NCBI GenBank assembly: GCA_024638325.1
Contig: JAHEKM010000001.1
Location: forward strand, 18,279-82,278
Length of the DNA: 64,000 nucleotides
Origin: Gemmatimonadota bacterium
GTDB lineage: Bacteria; Gemmatimonadota; Gemmatimonadetes; Longimicrobiales; Gaopeijiaceae
Direction of reading: 5' to 3'
Position numbers and translations under genes: made by a program. The notes below the pieces were generated by a model, which worked only from the letters and a program-made list of their open reading frames with translations, made no database searches and was not told the DNA's origin. This document shows, piece after piece, positions 44,282-54,270 of the stretch. The first letter of the stretch is position 1; each line of letters starts with the position of its first letter.

Positions 44282-45187
44282 GTGACCACCTACCTCCTGG
44301 TCGTGAATCCGAAGTCCGGGCGGGGGAGCGGGCGCTCGCGGGCAGAGGCGCTGCGGACCGCGCTGGGTGCGGACGCGGACGTCGAGGTCTTCGAGACGCG
44401 CCATCGTGGTCACGCGTCGGAGGTCGTCGCGGAGCGCGCGAGGGAAGTGGAACGGGTCGTCGCGATCGGTGGGGACGGCACCCTGAACGAGGTCCTCTCC
44501 GGCTTGATGAGCACCGGAGAGGGCCCTGAAACACTTCCCTCGCTCGGCTTCCTGGCGTCGGGGACGGCGAACGCGGCCACGAAGGCCTTCGGCTTCGCGC
44601 CCGACCCCGCAGGCGCGGCTCGGGCGCTCCGTGACGCCGCACCGCGCTTGGTCGACGTCGGAGTGGTCACGCACGCCGGTGGGCGGCGCCCCTTCCTGCT
44701 CTGGTTCGGGGCCGGCTATGACGCCATCGTGATCGATGCGCTCAACAGCACGCGCACCGGTCCCATGGGAATGCTCGGCCTCGCCCGCGGATTTCCAGGA
44801 GTGGTCAGGGCGGTACACCGCTATCCCGCGCCCGAGATCACGGTCCGGGCAGACGACCATCGGGAGCGGAAAGGCGCAAGCATGGTCCTCGCCAACGTCG
44901 CAGCGATGGGTCTCGGGAGCACGGCGACGCCCGCCGCCGACCCGCACGACGGCCTCATGGACCTGCTGACCGTGCCTCGTGCCGGTACGCTCGGCCTGGC
45001 GAGCCTGTGGATGCGTATGATGGTCTCCAGCCTCGCCCACGCCCACGGTGTGGAACACGTCGCCGTTACCCGCGTTCGCTTCGAGGCCGACGGCACCGTG
45101 CCGTTCCAACTCGACGGCGAGCCAGTCGGGACGTTGCCGGCCGATGTGCGGGTCGAACCCGGCGCCTTGCGCCTGCTGCTGGCATGA
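44282..45187 (+). CDS. Diacylglycerol/lipid kinase family (YegS/DagK-like)
   Basis: NPKSG, GGDGTLNEV, SGTANA, GAGYDA, QLDGE. Confidence 0.9.
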   Translation: MTTYLLVVNPKSGRGSGRSRAEALRTALGADADVEVFETRHRGHASEVVAERAREVERVVAIGGDGTLNEVLSGLMSTGEGPETLPSLGFLASGTANAATKAFGFAPDPAGAARALRDAAPRLVDVGVVTHAGGRRPFLLWFGAGYDAIVIDALNSTRTGPMGMLGLARGFPGVVRAVHRYPAPEITVRADDHRERKGASMVLANVAAMGLGSTATPAADPHDGLMDLLTVPRAGTLGLASLWMRMMVSSLAHAHGVEHVAVTRVRFEADGTVPFQLDGEPVGTLPADVRVEPGALRLLLA

Positions 45188-45690
45188 CCCGGTCCGCCTT
45201 CTTCGCCGCGGCGCTCCTGTTGGCGTTCTCGCCTCCGGTGACGGCGCAGGAGGACAGCCTCCCCGGCGTCTTCGTGGCGCTCGCGGGCGAGTGGGAGGGC
45301 TCGGGCCTCCTGTTCGGCAACCCGGCCGCCTTCCGGATGTCGTGGACCCCGCTCGCGGGAGGCTTCGTGCGACTGTCTTTCACGAATCTGATGCTGGGGG
45401 AGAACGGGGACTCGATCCCCGTTCTCCACGCCGAGGCGACGTACCGGGTGGACGGGACGACGGCGCTCGGCGTGTGGATCGACGACCGTCCCCAGCAGCT
45501 GACGCTGAGCGCCAACCTCACGGACAGCAGCGTGGTCACCGAGTGGGTGGCGCCAGCCGAGCGCGGTCGAACCGAGTACGTCGTCACCGCGGAGGGTGGG
45601 GTGGTCGTACGCGACTACGTCATCGGAGACTCGGGCCCGCGCCTCTTCGCCGAGAGCACCTACGTCCGCACGGACGCTGCCGGCCGGTAA
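45184..45690 (+). CDS. Secreted hypothetical beta-rich protein
   Basis: Signal peptide ending VTA-Q; L.GEWEG.G lipocalin-like start; ATGA overlap. Confidence 0.65.
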   Translation: MTRSAFFAAALLLAFSPPVTAQEDSLPGVFVALAGEWEGSGLLFGNPAAFRMSWTPLAGGFVRLSFTNLMLGENGDSIPVLHAEATYRVDGTTALGVWIDDRPQQLTLSANLTDSSVVTEWVAPAERGRTEYVVTAEGGVVVRDYVIGDSGPRLFAESTYVRTDAAGR

Positions 45691-45692
45691 GC

Positions 45693-46154
45693 ATGCGGAG
45701 CGCGGAGCTGACCGTCAGGCCCTATGTGGACAGTGATCTCGAGGACTGCCTAGACGTCTTTGCCTCGAACGTGCCCCAGTTCTTTCGTGCGCACGAGCGG
45801 TCGGAGTTCGAAGCGTTCCTGTCTTCGCTACCGGGGCCCTACTTCGTCGTTCGAGACGACGGTGGAGCCACGGTCGCCTGTGGCGGATACGCCGTGGATG
45901 CTGACACGGCCGACCTGTGCTGGGGCATGGTCCGTCGCGAGAACCACGGCACCGGGCTCGGCCGCGGGCTGACCGAACTCAGGCTGGCCGAGTTGCGCAG
46001 AGACGCACGGGTCCGACGCGTTCGGTTGCACACCAGCCATTACACCGTCGGCTTCTACGAGCGCTTGGGCTTCCGAGCGACCCAGGTGGTGTCCGACGGC
46101 TACGCCCCCGGCCTGCATCGTCACGACATGGTGATGGAGCTCGGCTACCGGTGA
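45693..46154 (+). CDS. GNAT acetyltransferase
   Basis: VACGG, HGTGLG motif A, GFYERLGF. Confidence 0.85.
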   Translation: MRSAELTVRPYVDSDLEDCLDVFASNVPQFFRAHERSEFEAFLSSLPGPYFVVRDDGGATVACGGYAVDADTADLCWGMVRRENHGTGLGRGLTELRLAELRRDARVRRVRLHTSHYTVGFYERLGFRATQVVSDGYAPGLHRHDMVMELGYR

Positions 46155-46864
46155 GGCGCATCGTCGGCACCCTGCTTACCGTCGCTATGCTGGGGCTCGC
46201 GGGCTGCTTCCCGCCACCGCCGGAGGACGCCGAGCCCGTGGTCGTGGTTCACGGGCTCGGGCGGACACCGGCGTCGATGTCCGTGCTCGAGTTCCGGCTC
46301 GAGGCGGAGGGATACCGGGTGGTGAGCTTCGGCTACCCCTCTCGGTCCGAGCCCATGGAGGGCCTGGTCGAGCTACTCGCCGACGAGGTCCTACGGTGCT
46401 GCGCCGAGCAAGCGGAGACGGTGCACTTCGTCACCCATTCGATGGGGGGTATTCTCGTGCGCGCGTATCTGGCCGAGCGGCCCACGGCCCACCGCGGACG
46501 AGTGGTCATGCTGAGCCCGCCGGCGGGTGGCAGCGAGGTCATCGACGCGTTCTCCGACTCACCGCTGCTCCGTCTCGTTGTGGGCCCGGCGGGCGTGGAA
46601 CTCGGTACCGACTCCACAGGCGTGGCGGAGCGCTTCGGACCGGTCCGCTTCACCCTCGGCGTCATCACGGGTGACCTCAGCTTCAATCCGGTCACGTCGT
46701 GGATCATCCCCGGCCCGGACGACGGCAAGGTGAGCGTCGACAACGCTCGGGTCGCGGGCGCGGCCGACTTTCTGGTGGTGTCCGCGACCCACACGTTCAT
46801 CATGAATCAAGCGGACGTGGCCGAGGCGACCATTCGCTTCCTGAGGGAGGGGCGCTTCAGGTGA
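46151..46864 (+). CDS. Alpha/beta hydrolase lipoprotein (lipase/esterase-like)
   Basis: Lipobox LAGC, VHGLG, THSMGG, DDGKV, HTF; GTGA overlap. Confidence 0.85.
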   Translation: MRRIVGTLLTVAMLGLAGCFPPPPEDAEPVVVVHGLGRTPASMSVLEFRLEAEGYRVVSFGYPSRSEPMEGLVELLADEVLRCCAEQAETVHFVTHSMGGILVRAYLAERPTAHRGRVVMLSPPAGGSEVIDAFSDSPLLRLVVGPAGVELGTDSTGVAERFGPVRFTLGVITGDLSFNPVTSWIIPGPDDGKVSVDNARVAGAADFLVVSATHTFIMNQADVAEATIRFLREGRFR

Positions 46865-48333
46865 GTGGGGATCGCCGGCTGGGGCTGCTGTACTGGGCGG
46901 CTGCGCTCGTGACGCTCATCGTCCTGCGTGTACCCTACCTGACCTCGCCCGCGTACATCCTGGACAACGACGAAGCCGTGCTCGCGATCATGGCGAGACA
47001 CTTCGCCGCTGGGGAGGGGATTCCGCTCTACTTCGCCGGGCAGAACTACGGCCTCGCGATCTTCGAGGCGCTTCCCCTGGGAATAGCCTTTCGACTGTTC
47101 TACGAGTCGGATACCGTCGTCGCGCTGACCATGCTGGCATTGTTTTGCATGGGCGTCGTGGCTTACACGCACGCGCTCGGCCACCTCGCCGGCGACCGTG
47201 CCTGGGGTCGGTCTTTGGCACTTGTCCTGGCCATGCTTCCCGGTTGGATCGTCTGGTCCATGAAGGCGCGCGGCATCTATGTGTCCGGCTTTGTCCTTTC
47301 GGGCCTCGCGTTGGCCCTCCTCGCCCGGCCCGACCCGTCGCGTATCTCTCTGCTGATGGCCGGCTTTCTGTTGGGCCTCGTTGGTCTCGTGCAGCCGCTC
47401 TGGCTCACGGTGGCGGCACCCTTCCTACTTCTCGTGCGACGCCCCCCTCGAGAGGTGGCTACCGCGGGTCTCCTGACCACGGGAGTGTGGTTGCTCGCCT
47501 GGGTCTTCGGGCCGCAGGGCGAGGCGTTCTGGCAACCGCGGCCCCTGGAGGGTCTCATGCTCGAGCGCCTACGGTTCGCACCCCAGGTACTGCTCCGGGC
47601 GTTCTCTGGACGCGTGGCGCCCAACGAGCCGGGCCTCACGTCGACCCTGATCGGAGTCGGCTCCGTGCTCGCCTACTTCAGCCTGATGGCCGGAACCGCC
47701 TGGCAGGCGGTCCGGCACCGTTCGCGCGCGGCCCTCCTGGTGAGCGTTGCGATGTGTGCGAGCGTGCTGGTCATCCTCGTGATGCGGGTCTGGGTACCCC
47801 GGTACTTCCTGCCGTGTAGTGTCCTGGCCATCGTCGCCGGTGCGCTCTGGATCAGAGAGCGTGGCGTCCAGTTCGCCGGAGTGCCACGGCTGGCCACGAT
47901 CGGGCTCTTGGTTCTCCTGGCCGCAGCCGCGACTCGGGTGGGGCGGGCCTCCTCGTCGAGCACGCTGGCCGCAGTACCCGCCCGCGACGACATTCGCACC
48001 CTGATCGAGTCGCTCGAGCGGGACGGGGTGCGCGGAGTGTACGCACAGAGCCCAGACGTGCAGTGGCAGATTCTGTATTACGGCAACGAACGCATCCCCG
48101 CTCGTGGGCTGAGGCGCGAGGACCGCTACCCCCGCTTCCCGGCCGCCGTGGCCGAAGCCTGGCGCGACGGTGCTCCAACCGCGTATGTGGCGAACATCCG
48201 TCAGCTGCGCGGCGACGTGCCCACCGACTCGTTTCCAGGCTACCGAGTCGGGGAGCGGTATCTTCGCCTGGATGATCCGGATGCGGCCCTGCTCTTCGCG
48301 ATGGGCTTCGTGGTCGACCCTCGATCAGAGTGA
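46861..48333 (+). CDS. Polytopic membrane protein, GT-C glycosyltransferase-like
   Basis: DNDEA first-loop acidic motif, YFAGQNY, many TMs, PRYFLP. Confidence 0.65.
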   Translation: MSGDRRLGLLYWAAALVTLIVLRVPYLTSPAYILDNDEAVLAIMARHFAAGEGIPLYFAGQNYGLAIFEALPLGIAFRLFYESDTVVALTMLALFCMGVVAYTHALGHLAGDRAWGRSLALVLAMLPGWIVWSMKARGIYVSGFVLSGLALALLARPDPSRISLLMAGFLLGLVGLVQPLWLTVAAPFLLLVRRPPREVATAGLLTTGVWLLAWVFGPQGEAFWQPRPLEGLMLERLRFAPQVLLRAFSGRVAPNEPGLTSTLIGVGSVLAYFSLMAGTAWQAVRHRSRAALLVSVAMCASVLVILVMRVWVPRYFLPCSVLAIVAGALWIRERGVQFAGVPRLATIGLLVLLAAAATRVGRASSSSTLAAVPARDDIRTLIESLERDGVRGVYAQSPDVQWQILYYGNERIPARGLRREDRYPRFPAAVAEAWRDGAPTAYVANIRQLRGDVPTDSFPGYRVGERYLRLDDPDAALLFAMGFVVDPRSE

Positions 48334-48337
48334 AGTC

Positions 48338-48970
48338 GTGAGCGAGAACGTCATGAGGCTCGAACCCACTTCCGTGCCCGACGTCGTCGACGTTCTGCAC
48401 GAGTCGTTCTTCGACTATCCGGTCATGCGCTTCGTGCTCGGGTCCGATGTTGCCGACTACCCGGCGCAACTCCGGATGCTGATCCGCCTCTTCGTGATGG
48501 CACGCGTCTTCCGCGACGAGGTGCTTCTGGGCATTCGGTCCGGTGAGGGCCTCGTCGCCACGGCGCTCGTCTCCCGGCCCGGGAGCGGACCGGCCCCGGC
48601 CGAGTTCCACGAGCTGAGGGCGGAGGTGTGGAGCCGTTTGGGGTCCGAAGCAGAGAGGCGCTACGGTGCCTTCGCCGACGCGTGCGCGCCCTTCCAGGTC
48701 GCCGAGTCGCACCTCCATCTCAACATGATCGGAGTGAGGCGTTCCGCTCAGGGCTCGGGACTCGCCCGGCACCTCCTCGAGGCCGTGCACGAGATGGAAG
48801 ACGAGGACGAGGACGCGCAGGGTGTGTCTCTCACCACCGAGAACCCGGACAACGTTCCGCTCTACCAGCACTTCGGGTATCGGATCGTGGGCACGTCCGA
48901 CGTGGGACCTGGGCTGACGACATGGGGGCTTTACCGCCAGGGCCGCCGACACGAAGGAGTCGTTCGATGA
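48338..48970 (+). CDS. GNAT acetyltransferase
   Basis: HLNMIGV...QGSGLA, L.TE...NV.LYQHFGY. Confidence 0.85.
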   Translation: MSENVMRLEPTSVPDVVDVLHESFFDYPVMRFVLGSDVADYPAQLRMLIRLFVMARVFRDEVLLGIRSGEGLVATALVSRPGSGPAPAEFHELRAEVWSRLGSEAERRYGAFADACAPFQVAESHLHLNMIGVRRSAQGSGLARHLLEAVHEMEDEDEDAQGVSLTTENPDNVPLYQHFGYRIVGTSDVGPGLTTWGLYRQGRRHEGVVR

Positions 48971-49524
48971 GCGCGACGCCGCCGTGGTGGACCGACCCCT
49001 GGGACCTGACAGCCGATATGGACAAGATCCACCAGCAGTGGGTGATCGTCCGCCGACTGCTCGAGAACGAGAGCTTGTCCGGGCGGCGCGACCCGGAGAT
49101 CTCGGACTGGAGTTGCGGCGAGCAGGCAGTGCACATGCTGCTCATCGCTCTGACCATGGCCGACCACATCGAGGGCAACCTGGACGAGCCAGACAGAGGT
49201 CGTGGGGAGAGCCTCCAGGACGTCGCCTCGCGGGTGCTGACGAAGGGCGGTTTCAGCCGCGGTGTCGCCAAGGCGCCTCCCGAATTTCGCCCGGATCAAA
49301 CGCCGCCGGACCAGCGATCGGAGCTTCTGGGGTCGACCATCGCTGCCTGGGAGCGGCTGAGCGCCCGTGCGGACGAGATCGAACGATGTCCTGCGCGAGC
49401 GCTGCACTTCGTGCTCGGCTACCTCACGAGCTCCGAATGGGTGCGCATGTGCGCAGTCCACAACGCCCATCACCTGCGGATTGTGCTGGACATCGTGGGC
49501 GAAGAGGCATTGGTCGCGAAGTGA
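48967..49524 (+). CDS. DinB-like protein
   Basis: WSCGEQAVH and H.AHH motifs; ATGA overlap. Confidence 0.7.
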   Translation: MSATPPWWTDPWDLTADMDKIHQQWVIVRRLLENESLSGRRDPEISDWSCGEQAVHMLLIALTMADHIEGNLDEPDRGRGESLQDVASRVLTKGGFSRGVAKAPPEFRPDQTPPDQRSELLGSTIAAWERLSARADEIERCPARALHFVLGYLTSSEWVRMCAVHNAHHLRIVLDIVGEEALVAK

Positions 49525-50021
49525 GCGTGCACGACGAACCCATCGACCCGCGCGTCGATGTCGGTCACGTACACCTCAAGGTCTCCGACCTCGAGCGTGC
49601 CGTCGCCTTCTACACCGAGGTGCTCGGCTTCGAGCTGACTCAGCGGTACGGAACGCAGGCCGCGTTCCTGAGCGCCGGCGGATACCACCATCACGTCGGG
49701 CTGAACACGTGGGAGTCGCGAGGCGGCCCCCCGCCAGCACCGGGGACGACTGGCCTCTTCCATGTCGCGTTCCGGTACCCGGACAGGGCCGCATTGGCAG
49801 TCGCCCTGCGAAGGCTCCTCGACCATGGTGTCGCCCTCGACGGAGCATCGGACCACGGCGTGTCCGAGGCTCTATATCTGCGCGACCCGGACGGGAACGG
49901 CATCGAGCTCTACTGGGATCGACCGCGCCAGGACTGGCCGCTGGACGAGTCGGGTGGTCTCCAGATGGTCACGCGCCCGCTGGAACTCCAGGAGCTGCTG
50001 GAAAGCGCCTCGGGCGCCTAG
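49521..50021 (+). CDS. VOC/glyoxalase family protein (catechol 2,3-dioxygenase-like)
   Basis: GHVHLKV.DLE, GGYHHH.GLNTW, DHGVSEALYLRDPDGNGIELY. Confidence 0.9.
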   Translation: MSVHDEPIDPRVDVGHVHLKVSDLERAVAFYTEVLGFELTQRYGTQAAFLSAGGYHHHVGLNTWESRGGPPPAPGTTGLFHVAFRYPDRAALAVALRRLLDHGVALDGASDHGVSEALYLRDPDGNGIELYWDRPRQDWPLDESGGLQMVTRPLELQELLESASGA

Positions 50022-50028
50022 CAGAGAG

Positions 50029-50436
50029 TCAGTCTCCGCGGGTCCCCATGAACGGCTGTCCACCTCCGCGCGGACCTTCGATGGTCCCCTCCATGAAGTC
50101 CCCCTCGTACGTCCCGGTGTAGGTCGTGGTGATCGAGCCTCGGCCGCCGACCTCGAACGTGACGGCGAACGAGAAGGAGGCACCGTCGACGGAGCCGTCG
50201 GAGATCTCGATGGGCTCCCCGCCCCCGCGCCCTCCTCCTCTCGGCCCACCGCCCATGGCGGTGAGCGTACCGGTGATCGTGGACCCCTGCTGTTGAACGA
50301 CGAGCGTCTGGGTCACGGATCCGCGACGCCCCTGGGAAGTGATCTGCCAGGTGCCGGACATGTTCTGCGCCGACGCGGGGGCCGCGGAGAAGGCGGCCGC
50401 CAGGGCCACGAGCGTGAGGACTGCGCGGATCTTCAT
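50029..50436 (-). CDS. Secreted hypothetical beta-barrel-like protein
   Basis: Signal peptide ASA-Q, SGTW, Gly-rich loop. Confidence 0.7.
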   Translation of the reverse strand: MKIRAVLTLVALAAAFSAAPASAQNMSGTWQITSQGRRGSVTQTLVVQQQGSTITGTLTAMGGGPRGGGRGGGEPIEISDGSVDGASFSFAVTFEVGGRGSITTTYTGTYEGDFMEGTIEGPRGGGQPFMGTRGD

Positions 50437-50518
50437 GGTGTCGATCTCCGGAAGCGTTGATGCCACTGACTACGAGACCCCGCCGCACGGCCAGACGTTA
50501 GGAGACGACGAGCAGTCG

Positions 50519-50899
50519 TCACCGGTCCCCGTCGTCCTCCTGGCTCGAGCGCTTGGGGGTATCTCCTCCCCTCACGAGCTGTTCGATCTGGCCGATGAGT
50601 GAATCCGAGCCGGCTTCGCTGACGCCAAAGAAGCCGTCGCTCGACCCCTCTTCCTCGAGCTTGCGCGCGACCCCGTGGAGGTTCAACCAGGCGTCGAAGC
50701 GCTCGCTGATACGAACCACCGAGTAGAAGAGCCGCGGCCGGCGTCCGCGCCCCGCGATGAAGTCGAGGATGATCGCCCCGATCGACAGCCCGAAGACGAC
50801 CATGTCCTTGAAGCCGTCTAACGTGAGCTTGAGTTGGAAGATCGCAAAGTCACGGAGCGTCACGCCCCGCGACTCGACCATCATCGGCTTGCTTGCCAT
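50519..50899 (-). CDS. Conserved hypothetical membrane protein
   Basis: RDFAIFQLKL.LDG.KD, W.NL motif, one hydrophobic helix; AGGA RBS. Confidence 0.7.
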   Translation of the reverse strand: MASKPMMVESRGVTLRDFAIFQLKLTLDGFKDMVVFGLSIGAIILDFIAGRGRRPRLFYSVVRISERFDAWLNLHGVARKLEEEGSSDGFFGVSEAGSDSLIGQIEQLVRGGDTPKRSSQEDDGDR

Positions 50900-51098
50900 G
50901 GCTCCTTCCCGACCGAGTTACCTGCGCGGAGTGGCCGCGCGGACATCACTACGGGCACATCGTCCGAAGGGTTCGTTCTCAGCAGGGCGGTCCGGCCACG
51001 TGTCGAGGAAATCCCGGCACCCGCTGGCCAGGAACCTTTCGCCGGGCGTACCATACGAAAACTCTCCGTCCGTACCCTGCTCCGACATGATTCACCCG

Positions 51099-51974
51099 AT
51101 GCGGCCATCCGTGCCACCCCGCCACCGAGCGGTCCTCGTTGCGACCCTTCTGGTCGCCGCCGCATGCTCATCGGAGTCGCCAGAGCGCGGCGCGACCAGC
51201 CAGCGGCAGGTCGGCTCCGAGTTCATGACGCAGCAGGCGCCCCAGCTATCTCCGCAGGCAGACCGGTCGATCTTCTCGGACCCGCGCGGTCCATATTTGC
51301 CGCCCGACGAGCTCCGGCGCACCGCCGGCCGGTTCCCCTTCTACTGGACCCGCGCGATGTACTCGGGGAACGGATGGAGGGGTGGTTCGTGGGCGGTGGA
51401 CTTCCCGAAGAGCGACCAGCAGTTCCTGATCGTCATCAAGCGGCTCGTTCGCCTGAACGCCTACGACTGGGAGAACCCGGTCGGGCTGTGGGACCCGGAC
51501 CTCCGCCGGTTTCCGCTGATCTACATGCTCGAAGTCGGCGGCATGAACCTGACGGAGGTCGAGGTCGAAGGGCTTCGCAGCTACATGGAGGCCGGCGGCT
51601 TCGTCATCGTCGACGATTTCTGGGGTCCGCGCGAGTGGGACATCTTCATGTACAACATCCGTCGCGTTTTCCCGGGTAAGGCCATCGTCGACATCGACCT
51701 CGACCACCCGATCTACTCGGCCTACTACAACATCGAGGAAGTGGTCCAGGTCCCCGCGGTGAACAACGTCTACCAACGCACCGAATGCTACGGGTGTTTT
51801 CCGCAGGTGAAGGGGATGTACGACGACGACGGTCGCCTCATGATGATGATCAACTTCAACACCGATCTCGGAGACGCGTGGGAGTGGGCCGAGGATCCCC
51901 GGTACCCGCTCGACCTGTCTACGTATGCGTACCAGATGGGTGCGAACATGATCGTCTACGCGATGACTCACTGA
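51099..51974 (+). CDS. DUF4159-like lipoprotein
   Basis: Lipobox AAAC; W..D(F)P, P.IY..E.G, GGF..VDDFWG, HPIY, NTDLGDAWE, G.N...YA.TH. Confidence 0.8.
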   Translation: MRPSVPPRHRAVLVATLLVAAACSSESPERGATSQRQVGSEFMTQQAPQLSPQADRSIFSDPRGPYLPPDELRRTAGRFPFYWTRAMYSGNGWRGGSWAVDFPKSDQQFLIVIKRLVRLNAYDWENPVGLWDPDLRRFPLIYMLEVGGMNLTEVEVEGLRSYMEAGGFVIVDDFWGPREWDIFMYNIRRVFPGKAIVDIDLDHPIYSAYYNIEEVVQVPAVNNVYQRTECYGCFPQVKGMYDDDGRLMMMINFNTDLGDAWEWAEDPRYPLDLSTYAYQMGANMIVYAMTH

Positions 51975-51981
51975 GGCCAAC

Positions 51982-54270
51982 GTGGAAAACCTCTTCGAGC
52001 TTCTCTTCAAGTACCGCCCCCTCGTCTTCGAGCAGGCGGACTTCGCGTTCGCCGCACCGATCTCGTTTCGCACCTGGCTCGGCATCGCCGGACTGATCGC
52101 CGCGAGCGCCGTGGCGACGTACACCATCGCGCGCGGCAAGAGCACGGTCACGGACCGGGGCGTGATGGCCGGGCTGAGGGTTGCGCTGCTCGCGACGCTC
52201 GTCTTCTGCCTCATGCAGCCCGCGCTGTCACTCTCCACCGTCGTGCCACAGCAGAACTTCGTCGGCGTCCTCATGGACGACTCGCGGAGCATGCAGCTCG
52301 AGGGCGACGACGGGACCGTCAGGAGTTCCTTCTACTCAGAGGCGTTCACGCCCGAGGAGAGTCCGCTCCTGCAAGCGCTCTCCGAGAGGTTCGCGCTCCG
52401 CTTCTTCCGCTTCTCCGACGTCGCCAGGCGGGTCGACGGCCTCGAGGAGATGACCTTCAACGGCACGCACACCAACCTCGCGAACGCGCTCGATGCAGCC
52501 CGCGCCGAGCTGTCGGGCGTGCCGCTCTCAGGCCTGGTCATGGTGACCGACGGGGCGGATACGGGTGAGCGCCCGCTCACCGAGGCGATCGTCCCGCTTC
52601 AGGCGGCGGGCGTCCCCGTCTTCACGGTCGGACTAGGTGAGGAGTCCCTCGAGCCCGACATCGAACTGGGCCGAGTCGAGCTTCCGCGCCGGGTGCTGCA
52701 GGGCTCTACGTTGATGGTCGACGTCGTCGTAACCCAGAACGGATTCCGACCCGGGACGGCTGTCCCGATCATCATCGAGGACGATACGCGCATCCTCACC
52801 GAGGAGACCGTAGAGCTGGGCGCCGACGGCGAGCCGGTCGTGGCGCGCATCGGTATCGAGCTTCCGGAAGCGGGCGCGCGCCGGGTGCGCTTCAGCATCC
52901 CGTCGCAGGCTGGCGAGCGCGTGGACCGCAACAACGCTCGCAACGCGTGGGTCGACGTCGTCGGCGAGCGGGAGAAGATCCTCTACTTCGAGGGCGAGCC
53001 GCGCTGGGAAGTGAAATTCATGCGTCGTGCCGTGTCGGGCGATGAGAACCTCCAGCTCGTCCTGTTGCAGCGCACCGCCGAGAGCAAGTTCCTCCGCCTC
53101 GAGGTCAGCGACAGCACCGAGCTCGAGTTCGGCTTCCCGACCACACGCGAGGAGCTGTACCGGTACCGCGCACTGGTGATCGGAAGCGTGGAGGCCTCGT
53201 TCTTCACGCACGATCAGCTCCAGATGATCGCCGACTTCGTGTCCGAGCGCGGAGGGGGCCTGCTCTTCCTGGGTGGGTTGAGCGCGTTCGCCGAGGGCGG
53301 CTGGGCCGGCACGCCCGTCGAAGAGGTGATGCCGGTGATCCTCGGCGAGCCGTCGAGAGGCGAGTTCGGCTACTTCAGCGAGATCGAGGTGATGCCGACA
53401 CCGGCCGGATACGCCCATCCGGCGGTCCAGCTCGACGCCGAGCCGCTCGAGCTGCAGGAGCGCTGGGAGGCTCTACCGCCGCTGACCGTCGTGAACCCGC
53501 TGACCGAGGTGCGGCCGGGTGCGACCGTCCTGCTGAACGGAGACCGCACCGAGGGCGGCCCCCGACAGGTGGTGCTGGCCTACCAGCGCTACGGCCGAGG
53601 TGTCTCCATCGCCTTGACCGCGCAGGACACGTGGCTGTGGCAGATGCACGCCGACGTGCCGCTCGAGGACCAGAGCCACGAGTCCTTTTGGAAGCAGATG
53701 CTCCGTTGGCTCGTCGACGGTGTGCCCGACCCGGTCGTCGCGAGCTCGGCCGAAGAGGAGGTCGAGCCGGGCGAGACCGTGGCGCTCACCGCCTCGGTGC
53801 GTGACTCGACGTTCATTGACGTGAACGACGCCACGGTGCTCGCGAGGGTCACCGGCCCATCGGGCCTCACGGAGGAGATCCCGCTCGAGTGGACGGTCGA
53901 AGAGGACGGAGCGTATGCCGGCTCGTATCGGCCGACGCAGCAGGGTGACTACGAGGTCGAGATCGTGGCGATGCGCCAGGGCGCCCCGCTCGGCTCGGCG
54001 ATCACCTACCTGCACTCCGCTCCCAGCGACCGTGAGTTCTTCGGCGCCGCGCGTCGCACGCAGCTACTGCAGCGCATCGCCGAAGACACGGGCGGCCAGT
54101 ACTACACCCCCGAGACCGTGTCGCGCCTGCCTGAAGACATCACCATCAGCGGCGCGGGCGTGACGCTGACGGAGGAGCTGGACCTCTGGGACATGCCGGC
54201 CCTCTTCCTGCTCATGCTCCTCCTCATGGGAGCCGAGTGGGGCTACCGACGGATCCGGGGGCTCGTTTGA
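51982..54270 (+). CDS. Membrane protein with VWA (MIDAS) and glutamine-amidotransferase-like domains
   Basis: N-terminal TMs, DDSRSM, TDG, GEPRWE.KF, FV..RGGGL..LGG, YGRG, FW.Q.LRWL, C-terminal EW..RR..GL. Confidence 0.8.
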   Translation: MENLFELLFKYRPLVFEQADFAFAAPISFRTWLGIAGLIAASAVATYTIARGKSTVTDRGVMAGLRVALLATLVFCLMQPALSLSTVVPQQNFVGVLMDDSRSMQLEGDDGTVRSSFYSEAFTPEESPLLQALSERFALRFFRFSDVARRVDGLEEMTFNGTHTNLANALDAARAELSGVPLSGLVMVTDGADTGERPLTEAIVPLQAAGVPVFTVGLGEESLEPDIELGRVELPRRVLQGSTLMVDVVVTQNGFRPGTAVPIIIEDDTRILTEETVELGADGEPVVARIGIELPEAGARRVRFSIPSQAGERVDRNNARNAWVDVVGEREKILYFEGEPRWEVKFMRRAVSGDENLQLVLLQRTAESKFLRLEVSDSTELEFGFPTTREELYRYRALVIGSVEASFFTHDQLQMIADFVSERGGGLLFLGGLSAFAEGGWAGTPVEEVMPVILGEPSRGEFGYFSEIEVMPTPAGYAHPAVQLDAEPLELQERWEALPPLTVVNPLTEVRPGATVLLNGDRTEGGPRQVVLAYQRYGRGVSIALTAQDTWLWQMHADVPLEDQSHESFWKQMLRWLVDGVPDPVVASSAEEEVEPGETVALTASVRDSTFIDVNDATVLARVTGPSGLTEEIPLEWTVEEDGAYAGSYRPTQQGDYEVEIVAMRQGAPLGSAITYLHSAPSDREFFGAARRTQLLQRIAEDTGGQYYTPETVSRLPEDITISGAGVTLTEELDLWDMPALFLLMLLLMGAEWGYRRIRGLV

